A stretch of 64,000 nt of DNA from a virus: the IMG/VR virus record IMGVR_UViG_3300023084_000004. One strand, 5' to 3'. Under the pieces are notes generated by a model. It worked only from the letters and a program-made list of their open reading frames with translations, did no database searches and was not told the DNA's origin. Of the stretch, positions 29,556 through 38,729 are shown in pieces (the first letter of the stretch is position 1; the number at the start of each line of letters is the position of its first letter). Position numbers and translations under genes: made by a program.

Positions 29556-30508
29556 CAGACAAACTCCGATTCCATCATTACCTCAGTTAAGAATGCAACC
29601 ATATTAATTTCTTGATCTGCTACAAAGTTTGCTTTGTACATATAGTCAGCAAGTGTAACTATGAAACCTGGTTGTGTACGGAATTCGACTTTAGATGAAG
29701 CCATATCATAGATACGACGAAACATTTCGTTCATATCCTGGTCTGAATTTTTTGCAACCCATTTGCGCATTTCAGTAAAGTTTTTAGCTTTAAGGAAACC
29801 AAAAAGTTCGTCAAGTGCTTCTTGTTTAAGATTAACGAATATACCTTCGTCAATTCTTCCTGATGCTGCATAGGATTGTAGTTCTGTTAATACTCTTCGA
29901 AAATCAGGAAAATGTTTTTCAATTACTTTTGCTACGACACTTTTGTCATAAGGAACATTTTCTTGATCGAGAATAGCTGTTACTCTTTTAAAGAACTGCA
30001 TTGCAAGCGCAGGTCTTTGAGATTGTTCAATAGTAAAGTCCACTTCAGAAAGACGAGATCGAAGTGGAGAAATGATTCTATTCTTAAAATTACATGTAAA
30101 GATAAAGCCGCAATTGGCTGAATATTCTTCGATGAAATTACGAAGAGCAGGTTGAACGTTTGCTGCGTTCAAATAATCTGCTTCGTCAAAAATGACATAC
30201 TTTCGACCTGTACCTGTGAGAGATACAGCAGAAGCGAAAGTAGAAATATCATATCGAATAGAATCGATGTTAACATTAAGTGAACCATTTTTAATAATAT
30301 AATCACAACCAAGTTCTTCGAGCATGGCTTTTGCGATTGTAGTTTTACCTACACCTGGTCCACCTGTTAATAATAAGTTTGGAACGTTTCCGTCTGATAC
30401 GAATTTGCGGAAAGTTGTTTTGAGTTGCTCTGGAAGAATTGTGTCGTCAACTTTTTGAGGACGATATTTCTCGACCCAGAGTACTTCATTGTTTTTTGCT
30501 TCAATCAT
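29555..30508 (-). CDS. gp44: Clamp loader large subunit gp44
   Basis: LWVEKYRP, GGPGVGKTT, IFDEADYL, FPDFRR. Confidence 0.97.
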   Translation of the reverse strand: MIEAKNNEVLWVEKYRPQKVDDTILPEQLKTTFRKFVSDGNVPNLLLTGGPGVGKTTIAKAMLEELGCDYIIKNGSLNVNIDSIRYDISTFASAVSLTGTGRKYVIFDEADYLNAANVQPALRNFIEEYSANCGFIFTCNFKNRIISPLRSRLSEVDFTIEQSQRPALAMQFFKRVTAILDQENVPYDKSVVAKVIEKHFPDFRRVLTELQSYAASGRIDEGIFVNLKQEALDELFGFLKAKNFTEMRKWVAKNSDQDMNEMFRRIYDMASSKVEFRTQPGFIVTLADYMYKANFVADQEINMVAFLTEVMMESEFV

Positions 30509-30545
30509 AGATCACCTGTTACATAATATAAAAAAATCGAAAGGC

Positions 30546-30569
30546 GGGGGAAGTCATTGACTATCCCCC
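30546..30569 (-). terminator. Strong hairpin (GGGGGA..AGTC-AAT-GACT..TCCCCC) upstream of gp44; terminator or processing site
   Basis: Inverted repeat; T-run follows a few bases later on the minus strand. Confidence 0.5.
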
Positions 30570-30595
30570 TATCTCGAGAAAGGTTGGTAATCTTA

Positions 30596-30886
30596 TTAAT
30601 CGACTACCTTGTCAGCCAAAGGACCTTGAGCTGGCACATCTACATCCACATCTTTTTCACCTACACTAGGATCTTGCTGTGGAGCATTCTGACGTAGAAA
30701 AGCTTCGATTTTATTCCTAAGCATTCCAACACCGGCTAACTCATTTCCTTGGAACCCGCCACGTTGAGAGACAATGTCAATCAATTGTAGAACGGTGCTA
30801 AGATCGTTGAGATTAATCACGACCTTCTGCTCTTGGCCTTGAGGTTGGCCAAAGTTACCATTTACTGTTTCATTCATATGAATCAC
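30596..30886 (-). CDS. Hypothetical protein
   Basis: ORF in operon order; SQRGGFQGNELAGVG segment. Confidence 0.65.
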   Translation of the reverse strand: MIHMNETVNGNFGQPQGQEQKVVINLNDLSTVLQLIDIVSQRGGFQGNELAGVGMLRNKIEAFLRQNAPQQDPSVGEKDVDVDVPAQGPLADKVVD

Positions 30887-30891
30887 CTTTT

Positions 30892-31548
30892 TTAATTATA
30901 AGTTGACTTTGAATCAATTGCCACAAAATATGTGACACCTTTGCCCCTGAATTGTGAGATACCTTTTGCGCAAAGAGTAACCTCATAATCTAGCGGTAAG
31001 AGCTTCAAGTTATCAGTTTTAATAATAAACTTGAAGGTATCGTCAGTTTCACCGATTTCAACGCCAAAGTCATCTGCGTTTTCATTCGAACTGTCGATAG
31101 CTTTCAGAAATACTTTGCCGCTTTCGCCTACAAAAGCAATTTCCGAAAATTGTAGTACCCCTGCTGCCTTCAATACAGAAGACAAATCTCCTTGTGATAC
31201 ATTCACAACAACATCTTCGGAAGGAAGAGTAATTTCCTTCTCTGGAGGAGTGTGTATCATGGAGATATCGGCGTAGACGTACTTAGTACGACGTTTACCT
31301 TCAGAGATAATAAAGTATTTATCTTCGAATTCAACGTCGGGATCATTATAAAGACTCAAAATTGAAAGAAATCTTGAAAGATCGTATACACATGCATCAG
31401 ATGGAATTTCATCTGGAATATCTGCAATTGCAATTAGAGTCTTTTCTGGAGTGATAGTCTTTAAAACATTACCTTCTTTAAACAAAATAGATTTGTTAAT
31501 AGAGCTAAAGCTTTTCAAGACCGTCAAGGTTTCGTTAGAAAATTTCAT
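30892..31548 (-). CDS. gp45: Sliding clamp gp45
   Basis: MKFSNETLTVLKSFSSINKSI, VYDLSRFLSILSL. Confidence 0.95.
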   Translation of the reverse strand: MKFSNETLTVLKSFSSINKSILFKEGNVLKTITPEKTLIAIADIPDEIPSDACVYDLSRFLSILSLYNDPDVEFEDKYFIISEGKRRTKYVYADISMIHTPPEKEITLPSEDVVVNVSQGDLSSVLKAAGVLQFSEIAFVGESGKVFLKAIDSSNENADDFGVEIGETDDTFKFIIKTDNLKLLPLDYEVTLCAKGISQFRGKGVTYFVAIDSKSTYN

Positions 31549-31581
31549 TATATAGATTCTCCGATATTAAAATACTGGTAT

Positions 31582-31610
31582 ATTATATACCAAGTGAGGT
31601 TAAATGTCAA
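31582..31610 (-). promoter_or_regulatory. Sigma70-type promoter TTGACA-N17-TATAAT (gp45)
   Basis: Exact consensus. Confidence 0.75.
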
Positions 31611-31614
31611 CTGT

Positions 31615-32475
31615 TTATTTGCCTTTTGTATATGTTTTCTTATTAGAAGAAGCATTGGCTGTTGCAGTAACACCAAGTTGTCCTAATGCTGCCATATTAC
31701 CTTTAAAGATATATGTACCAACATGATTGATTTGCATCCAAGGACACATCCATACTGAAAGTCCCATTTCTCTTGATTTCTTACAAAAGAAATAGTCTTC
31801 AGATAAGTACCTATTCGTTTCAGGATCAATAATACAATCAAAGAATGCTGTAATATTTCGCGATCCATCAAAGTTTTCAGTACGCGCATGGTCTGGTTTG
31901 TATGATAGTTCTGGATAATTATCTCTAAATTTTTCAAGAGCTTCTCTTGGAATAAGCATAAATCCAGTTCCTGCTTCTGATACTTCAACAGGTTCACTTA
32001 CTTTAAATTCTTTAGTTCCTTTTACAGGATTAAAAACAAAGTCAGAAGTAAATTGCTCAAGGTTAAAAGGATTTTCATTTGCGAATCCAAGTTCTGCAGC
32101 CTTTGCAATTTTTTCCCAAGCAATTGTTTTCTTAGGATAAGGACCAGTTACAATATCATATTTTTCTGGATCAGAAGTTTGAATACCTAAAAGTGCTAAC
32201 GCATCTCTAGGATTAAACCCAATATCACTATCAATAAACAATAAGTGAGTACAATCAGATCTCATAAATTCATCTGCAATATAGTTACGAGCTCTTTGTA
32301 CTAAACTTTCATTAAATAAGAAATAATATCTCATTGGTATTTCATATTTAGTACATAACATACTCAAATCGTTAGTTGATTTTGTAAATAAACCTGAACA
32401 TTGTCCACCATACATTGGTGCACCAACAAACAGTTTATAGTTTTTGAGATCAGTAACGGGTATTTTAAGTTCCAT
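31615..32475 (-). CDS. GT-A fold (GT2-like) glycosyltransferase
   Basis: ESLVQRARN, HLLFIDSDI (DxD), GTGFMLIPR, LSEDYFFC, HVG. Confidence 0.7.
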   Translation of the reverse strand: MELKIPVTDLKNYKLFVGAPMYGGQCSGLFTKSTNDLSMLCTKYEIPMRYYFLFNESLVQRARNYIADEFMRSDCTHLLFIDSDIGFNPRDALALLGIQTSDPEKYDIVTGPYPKKTIAWEKIAKAAELGFANENPFNLEQFTSDFVFNPVKGTKEFKVSEPVEVSEAGTGFMLIPREALEKFRDNYPELSYKPDHARTENFDGSRNITAFFDCIIDPETNRYLSEDYFFCKKSREMGLSVWMCPWMQINHVGTYIFKGNMAALGQLGVTATANASSNKKTYTKGK

Positions 32476-32484
32476 AATATATCC

Positions 32485-33087
32485 TTAATCTAAATCAAAT
32501 TCTGTTCTGTGTAATAGTTGTAATCTGAGAGTATCGATAAGAATATCCCATGAACTATCATGCTTTTTAAATGCTTCTTCCCATTCTGGTAATACGAAAT
32601 CATTTCTTTCTGGAAGATTTAATTTTGCGTCAATCCACGTGCGGGTGTCACGCACGAGATAGTATTTACAATATTCATAGAAATGTTGTTTTTTTCCTTG
32701 AGAATCAAAAAGACGTGTCATAATGACTGGATCAAAAGCATTTGATCTTGTCCACCAATATTTAACATTTGAATCGATAATAAAATTATGAAAGTCATCT
32801 ACAAATTCTTTTACAGTTAAATCAGTTTTTAAAGGTTTAACTCTATCACGTACTTCTTTATCTTGTGATTGCCAAAATTCAATAACAGAATTTTCTACTT
32901 TATAACCATAATTTTCTACTTGATCTTTTACTGAAAGTTTCCATCTTCGAACTGCATTAATATCTTTAACAGTATAAGGTCGCTTTTCAAATCTATCAAA
33001 ATCAAATACGAAAGCAGAAACATCAACTACAGCACAATCCATAGGTTCAGTGCCCATAGTTTCAAAATCAAATATTAAATGTTTCAT
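32485..33087 (-). CDS. dexA: 3'-5' exonuclease, DexA-like (DEDDh)
   Basis: IFDFETMG, WTRSNAFD, VRDTRTW, HDSSWD. Confidence 0.8.
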   Translation of the reverse strand: MKHLIFDFETMGTEPMDCAVVDVSAFVFDFDRFEKRPYTVKDINAVRRWKLSVKDQVENYGYKVENSVIEFWQSQDKEVRDRVKPLKTDLTVKEFVDDFHNFIIDSNVKYWWTRSNAFDPVIMTRLFDSQGKKQHFYEYCKYYLVRDTRTWIDAKLNLPERNDFVLPEWEEAFKKHDSSWDILIDTLRLQLLHRTEFDLD

Positions 33088-34277
33088 AGGAATGCCTCAA
33101 GTGTATCATGCTTTTCAATATAGTCTGCGGTTTGAGTATTATTATACTGCATTACGTAGTCTGTGTCAACCATTTGTAGCTCATTATTTAAATATTTTTT
33201 TACTTCTGTCGCCATGTCTGTTGCCGTTTGAACGGGAACATTTTGACAAATATGGTTGAAAGATTTTTTCGGATTGAGTAACTCGAAGTCCAAAGGTAAA
33301 CCCATGATTGCCATAGCTTCTCTGTAATTAATATAACGATCATCGTCAGGATGAGTAAGTTTGACAGGATAATGCCCAACAAAAGCACCGATAAAGTCTT
33401 TAGGAACAATGGTACCTCTTCGCATAATGTTTCCACCAGCTTTGAGCTTCTCATATCTGTATTTACATTTCTCAACTTCTTTTTCATATCCATGTTTTTC
33501 CATCCATTCGCCGACTTGAGCATAGTCATGCCCGTATCTTTCTATGTATGCATATACGCATTGACCTCTTGCACTTTGAGGTTCTACCATATCAGAAAAT
33601 TCTTTATGAGTAATTCCACCATGAATATGTTCTAAAATATATTTGTAATATAAATCATCTTGAGATGGAATTTTTGGATTAATACATTCAGTTTGGAAGT
33701 TAGAACCTCCTGCGCTTCTTATAACATCTTCAATAGCTGGTCGTTCTTTATTATAATATGAAAGTAATGGAGTTTTTTCGCCGCGCCAAAAGAAATAGAA
33801 TGAACGTTCTCTTACTTGAGATGAACCATGTAATAACGATTTAGTTCTATAAACAGTCATTGTATAACCTTGTTCAAGACCAATTCGTCTCATTTCATTT
33901 CGTATATTTTCACCAATCTTACCAGCAAAACCTGGAGCGTTTTCACCCCAAAATACTTTTGGTTTAATTTCACCAAGAACATATTTTGCTGTTTCGATAA
34001 GCCATTTATTATTTGGATTATGATCTCCAAATCCTTGAGAAAGCATACTTAATCCAGCACAAGGACATACAGAAGATATTACATCAACACTCTCTGTAGG
34101 TTTCTCTCCTTTGTCTAGGACATAGTAAGGAACGTCGCTATAGTAATTAAGGATATGAGAATCGTTGTCCTTGAAGGCCTCGTATGACATCATATAGGTT
34201 GGTTTTTCACCAAACGCATTGACTGATCCAATAGTTTCACCACCTATAAGTGGTACGATAGAAGCGTGTTTAATCAT
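33084..34277 (-). CDS. C5-cytosine methyltransferase-like protein with atypical motif I
   Basis: VCPCAGLS (motif IV), WGENAPG (VI), QVRERSF (VIII), CQNVPV (X); motif I reads IVPLIGG instead of FxGxG. Confidence 0.75.
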   Translation of the reverse strand: MIKHASIVPLIGGETIGSVNAFGEKPTYMMSYEAFKDNDSHILNYYSDVPYYVLDKGEKPTESVDVISSVCPCAGLSMLSQGFGDHNPNNKWLIETAKYVLGEIKPKVFWGENAPGFAGKIGENIRNEMRRIGLEQGYTMTVYRTKSLLHGSSQVRERSFYFFWRGEKTPLLSYYNKERPAIEDVIRSAGGSNFQTECINPKIPSQDDLYYKYILEHIHGGITHKEFSDMVEPQSARGQCVYAYIERYGHDYAQVGEWMEKHGYEKEVEKCKYRYEKLKAGGNIMRRGTIVPKDFIGAFVGHYPVKLTHPDDDRYINYREAMAIMGLPLDFELLNPKKSFNHICQNVPVQTATDMATEVKKYLNNELQMVDTDYVMQYNNTQTADYIEKHDTLEAFL

Positions 34278-35277
34278 TTAAAAATTTACTCACTGATACT
34301 AATGATGAATTTATGACTTGGTGCATATCTAAATAGACATACATTCCGCATCTTCCTATAAAAGTGACTTTAGAGTTTTCGATATCTCGATATTGCTTGT
34401 ATCTTTCACGATTAATACCATCTACATCATTTATGGGATAATATCTTTCCATGTTATTGTCTTTATAATCACATGGTTCCTCATAAGTTACTGTAGTGGT
34501 TAAGTCGTTTTTACCATGTTCTGGAATGTTTTTCCATTCTGTTACTCGAGTATATGGTCCATCGTGTGTAAAATTGACTGTTGCGGTAGGAAGCACTCTT
34601 GTTTGTGGAATACTCATTGTATGAAACTTGAGTGATCTGTAAGGTAATTCTCCAAAGCAATAATCATAATATACATCAATTGGCATAGAATTAAATACGT
34701 GATCGTATTCATCTTCCATACTCTTGTTAAACTCTGTTGAAAGTTGCACTGTTATATTCTCATGATTTAAAATATTTTCAAAAAGTTTTGTATAGCCATC
34801 TTTTGGCATATACTGATATTTATCTTTCGGAAAATAGTATTCGTTTAGATCATCACGAATAGGTACTCTTGCAATAATACCAGGATTTAATTCATCGAGC
34901 TCTTTACCCCACATTTTTCTTGTATAAGGTCTAAAGAAAATATCAAGCACATTTTCTTCACCAACAATTTCTTTAGTTTCTTTATTTACAGGTAAAGTAA
35001 CATATTGTCCATCATTTAATAAGGCTTTTACTTTATGCTTATATTCTACCCATTCACCATATTGCATTAACCAGTTTACAACTTTTTCATTATCTGTATG
35101 AAATAAGTGTGGACCATATTTGTGTACACGAATACCATTTTCATCAGTATAATCATAAGCATTACCTGCAATATGATTTCTTAAATCAATAACATGTACT
35201 TTATGACCAGCATTTGCAAGTTCTCTTGCGTGAACTGCACCCGCAAATCCTGCGCCAACTACTAAATAATTTTTCAT
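34270..35277 (-). CDS. glf: UDP-galactopyranose mutase
   Basis: VVGAGFAG, IAGNAYD, HKYGPHLFHT, YQYMPKDGY, LPYRSL, YTRVTEWK, RYYP, GRCGMYVYLDMHQ. Confidence 0.95.
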   Translation of the reverse strand: MKNYLVVGAGFAGAVHARELANAGHKVHVIDLRNHIAGNAYDYTDENGIRVHKYGPHLFHTDNEKVVNWLMQYGEWVEYKHKVKALLNDGQYVTLPVNKETKEIVGEENVLDIFFRPYTRKMWGKELDELNPGIIARVPIRDDLNEYYFPKDKYQYMPKDGYTKLFENILNHENITVQLSTEFNKSMEDEYDHVFNSMPIDVYYDYCFGELPYRSLKFHTMSIPQTRVLPTATVNFTHDGPYTRVTEWKNIPEHGKNDLTTTVTYEEPCDYKDNNMERYYPINDVDGINRERYKQYRDIENSKVTFIGRCGMYVYLDMHQVINSSLVSVSKFLND

Positions 35278-36365
35278 GCGTTTAATACTATTTCAAATTC
35301 ACTTCTTGTTTTTTCTTTATCTAGAGGATGATGCTTATATAGTGCATCGCGTTGACCTTGAGCAAATTCTTGTAATTGTTTCACATTCATAGCTTCAATA
35401 TCTTCAGCAATACGTGTAGATAAGTATTCATCCTGATAGTAAACAAATAATTCTTTAGGATCACCAATAAGAATACTTCCTGCATCAGCAACCTGTAAAG
35501 GCCTTGCTCTCCACCAACCAGATCCTGAGTGGAAATATCCAGGCATTAAACATCCCCATTGTTCTGCATATACTTTACACATTTGGTCTTCAGTAAGTCT
35601 TTCTGATTTTTCTTCACCGCGCTTTGCACCATAGATATTCATTGGCCACTCTTGAATGTTTTGAAGTTTCAACCATTTTCGAGTTTTCTTTTGTACTAAC
35701 GAAGCAAAGTTCCATTCTAATTTTTTATCTTTTACTTCTACTCCACCACCAAAAAGTGTTGATACACCAGAAAGAAAATCATTATCTGGAGTACGATTAT
35801 AGTGATAAGGGTTAGGATTGAAACGATATATTTTATCAGGATTCCAACCGAGATTGAGCAAACTTAAATCACCAAGATCAAATGCAGAAATTAACAATCT
35901 GTTTTCTTTATTTAGCATAATATCACATGCTGCTACAAAATTGTCTTTGTATTTTTTCAGAGTGTTAATATCATATTGTGTACATTGAAGATCTAAAAGA
36001 TATTGTCTAAATGCTTTGTCTTCTGGTTCATCAAGGTTTCCACGAAATCCTTGAATACCACCATAAATCTGATCAACCTGCCAATCGTCAAATGCAAGAA
36101 TAGCATCTGGTCTTTGAGATAGTGCGTAACATCCAGAATATAAATTTTGACAGAAAGATTGTGGACTATGCATATAAAAGATTACTTCATCATAGTGTGA
36201 AATATCTTCGCCTAATGCTACTTCTCTTTGCTCAACTTCATATCCCATTTCTCTAAGACAACGTAATACTGCATATTGAGAAGGTACTACTTGTAATTGC
36301 TGTCTTAGAAAAAAGTCTTCAGTACACTGAGCTTTGTTCATTCCAGTGATTAATATTTTTTTCAT
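35274..36365 (-). CDS. GT-B glycosyltransferase resembling T4 DNA beta-glucosyltransferase
   Basis: VVPSQYAVLRCLREMGYEV, DISHYDEVIF and WWRARPLQVADAGSILIGD align by eye with remembered T4 BGT segments; similar length. Confidence 0.65.
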   Translation of the reverse strand: MKKILITGMNKAQCTEDFFLRQQLQVVPSQYAVLRCLREMGYEVEQREVALGEDISHYDEVIFYMHSPQSFCQNLYSGCYALSQRPDAILAFDDWQVDQIYGGIQGFRGNLDEPEDKAFRQYLLDLQCTQYDINTLKKYKDNFVAACDIMLNKENRLLISAFDLGDLSLLNLGWNPDKIYRFNPNPYHYNRTPDNDFLSGVSTLFGGGVEVKDKKLEWNFASLVQKKTRKWLKLQNIQEWPMNIYGAKRGEEKSERLTEDQMCKVYAEQWGCLMPGYFHSGSGWWRARPLQVADAGSILIGDPKELFVYYQDEYLSTRIAEDIEAMNVKQLQEFAQGQRDALYKHHPLDKEKTRSEFEIVLNA

Positions 36366-37144
36366 AATTTAACTATATCCTCAAGTGTGTGTTTTGGATT
36401 CATAAACATAGAATTGAAAGGTACTTCAGATTTTGCATTATCACCTTCTCTTCTTTCTCCATATTTTACTTCAAATAATGGACCGTTTACTCTTAAAAAT
36501 TCTTCAATGTATTCTTTAACTGTATAAGACTGTCCTGATCCAAGCGGTTCATAATCTGACATTGCAGCCGGTTCATAAATTGCTTTTACAATTGCATCTG
36601 TAAGATCTTCTACGTGAACATAATCTCTTACTGGAGTACCATCTTTAGTATCATAATCAGATCCAAAAATTGTAAATGTTCCTGATTGAATTGCATTTTG
36701 AGTTGCTGCATATAATCCTTCAGGATTGTTAGGTACTCCACCTCCAACATTATAAAATCTAAAAATCGTATATTCTTTACAAAGTTGTTTTACAATATCT
36801 TCTGCAACTACTTTTGATCTTGCATAAGGTGATGTTGGATCAAATGCCGCTCCTGTTGAAGCAAATATAAATTTAGCATTTGGAAATGCATCAATTACAT
36901 TTTTAGTTCCATTAATGTTAGTATTATAATATTCAAATGGATTCTTTACGCTTTCACCAACTTTAACTAATGCTGCTAAATGTACAACTACATCTACTGT
37001 TGGATTAGTAGGATTAGAATATTTTGTAATATCCCAATCTTTAATATCGTAAAAGACCGCTCGAACATTGCGTTCACTTAACTTTTTTCTTAATACTGAA
37101 CCGATATATCCATCGGCACCTGTTACTACAACTTTTTTATTCAT
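36362..37144 (-). CDS. galE: UDP-sugar 4-epimerase (GalE-like extended SDR)
   Basis: VTGADGYIGS, HLAALVKVGESV, SPYARSK (YxxxK), FRFYNV, DGTPVRDYVHVEDL. Confidence 0.9.
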   Translation of the reverse strand: MNKKVVVTGADGYIGSVLRKKLSERNVRAVFYDIKDWDITKYSNPTNPTVDVVVHLAALVKVGESVKNPFEYYNTNINGTKNVIDAFPNAKFIFASTGAAFDPTSPYARSKVVAEDIVKQLCKEYTIFRFYNVGGGVPNNPEGLYAATQNAIQSGTFTIFGSDYDTKDGTPVRDYVHVEDLTDAIVKAIYEPAAMSDYEPLGSGQSYTVKEYIEEFLRVNGPLFEVKYGERREGDNAKSEVPFNSMFMNPKHTLEDIVKL

Positions 37145-37152
37145 AATTTTCT

Positions 37153-37181
37153 ATTATAACACAATTAAACTGAAATGTCAA
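37153..37181 (-). promoter_or_regulatory. Sigma70-type promoter TTGACA-N17-TATAAT heading the galE-GT-glf-MTase-dexA-GT unit
   Basis: Exact consensus; genes downstream overlap or abut until the next promoter at about 31610. Confidence 0.75.
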
Positions 37182-37617
37182 CAAATTCGTAATCAACTAA
37201 TGCTTCTTTAAAAAGCTCTTTTGTATTATCAAAAGATTCAATCCATCTTTCTGGAACATCTATCATTGAAGGCATTACAATACGTTTAGTACCAACTTGA
37301 ATAACACCTTTTGCACATTCTGAACAAACTGGTAATCCCCAAACATATAATGTACTATTATTTAGTGAAATTCCATTATAAGTCGCATTATATATTGCGT
37401 TTTGTTCAGCATGAACTACAAGTTTATACTTTTCTTCTCTATTTTCATATCGATCTAAAGTATCTTCAATGTTGCGTGGAAAGCCATTATATCCAGTTGC
37501 AAGAATGCGTCTTTCGTCAGAAACGAAAACTGCACCAATTTGTTTACTTGGATCTTTACTCCATGTTGAAATTTCTCTTGCTAAACCGAGAAATCTTTTA
37601 TCCCACTTGACGCTCAT
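37165..37617 (-). CDS. cd: dCMP deaminase
   Basis: SKDPSKQIGAV, TGYNGFP, VHAEQNAI, PVCSECAK; start at MSVKW. Confidence 0.93.
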   Translation of the reverse strand: MSVKWDKRFLGLAREISTWSKDPSKQIGAVFVSDERRILATGYNGFPRNIEDTLDRYENREEKYKLVVHAEQNAIYNATYNGISLNNSTLYVWGLPVCSECAKGVIQVGTKRIVMPSMIDVPERWIESFDNTKELFKEALVDYEFVDISV

Positions 37618-38272
37618 TAATGTAGTCTTGTATAAAGTTGAAATGTCTTTCGTAGACATGAAAATTAGAAGCGGTCCAAATTAAATCACCAACTTCTACA
37701 CCTAGATCATCTGCAAGTTTTGATTGAACATAACGTGCCCATGCATAATCATTATTATAACCAAAAACAGCATCATTAGATCTCATAATATAATGAGATA
37801 TTAATTGCTTATTTCGAATATAGAATGTATTTGCGTAAGTACACATAAAGTCATTCATATTATTAGCATTATAATCTGTATGCATACTTGGACGATTGTA
37901 GATCATTGTTGCTCTACGAGAGTTATGATTCCTAGATAATTCTCTTAAAACGTTTTCGTATTGATTACCATTTTCTTTAGTAAAAATACACCAACCATAA
38001 TTTGAATTAATGAATCCATTATCATCAGAAACATCTAACCAAATTTGTGGAGTTTTACCAGGAATATCATTAACGTTTAATGAACAGCTTTTATACCATT
38101 GAAGTTCACGTTCAATATATTCATAAGCTGGTTTACGAATAACATAATCCTCGTCAGCAATAAATGTCGCACCAAGTACTTCAATTGTTTTAGCACCTGT
38201 ACGATCAATAACCCAATCACCTTGAAGATAATCGGTTACAATTTGATTACGTATATCTTTTACTTTTAACAT
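37598..38272 (-). CDS. gp42: dCMP hydroxymethylase (T4 gp42 type, thymidylate-synthase fold)
   Basis: DRTGAKTIEVLGATFIADE, RELQWYKS, DIPGKTPQIW, INSNYGW, RPSMH, DFMCT (catalytic Cys), RSNDAVFGYNNDYAW with Asp at the dCMP-specificity position (Asn in ThyA). Confidence 0.9.
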   Translation of the reverse strand: MLKVKDIRNQIVTDYLQGDWVIDRTGAKTIEVLGATFIADEDYVIRKPAYEYIERELQWYKSCSLNVNDIPGKTPQIWLDVSDDNGFINSNYGWCIFTKENGNQYENVLRELSRNHNSRRATMIYNRPSMHTDYNANNMNDFMCTYANTFYIRNKQLISHYIMRSNDAVFGYNNDYAWARYVQSKLADDLGVEVGDLIWTASNFHVYERHFNFIQDYINERQVG

Positions 38273-38475
38273 TAAAACTCCTCAGCCCATTCTGCAAAAT
38301 CCTCATGCAGAAAATCAAGATCATCTACAAAAGTTCCATAGGATTCCATAGCATCATCAATAGATTCACCTTCTTCAAGCTCATAATATTTGACCCAGAA
38401 TTTACCAGCAACTGCAACTTCTTCTTCATTTGCTTCTGGATCTACTACTTCAATAACACAAACTTTTCTAGGCAT
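38272..38475 (-). CDS. Very acidic small protein
   Basis: 21 D/E versus 4 K/R in 67 aa by manual count. Confidence 0.65.
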   Translation of the reverse strand: MPRKVCVIEVVDPEANEEEVAVAGKFWVKYYELEEGESIDDAMESYGTFVDDLDFLHEDFAEWAEEF

Positions 38476-38729
38476 TAAATGGTCTCCAATAGTGTTTCAA
38501 TATCATCAAGTTCAGCTACAACTGCGGGTAGATTTTGTTTATGATAAATCCTAGCCATTTTACGTAGAATATTTTTAGGAATATCTACATCTTCGGCTAA
38601 AGCATTAATTGCTTCTTTTTGAAAAGAACGTTCGGCTTCTACTCGAGTAAATGAATTACTCATTTCTTCCATAGCACCTTTAATTCTTTTTTTATCTTCA
38701 TCACTTGAAGGAATAATCACATTACTCAT
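38475..38729 (-). CDS. dsbA: dsDNA-binding protein, T4 DsbA/GapR-like
   Basis: Helical pattern ending ILRKMARIYHKQN..ELDDIETLLETI. Confidence 0.65.
   Translation of the reverse strand: MSNVIIPSSDEDKKRIKGAMEEMSNSFTRVEAERSFQKEAINALAEDVDIPKNILRKMARIYHKQNLPAVVAELDDIETLLETI

Noticed and set aside
37598-38272. Calling this gene thymidylate synthase
   Set aside because: Asp rather than Asn at the specificity position and gp42-specific N-terminal motifs; a dCMP hydroxylase variant cannot be fully excluded without assay
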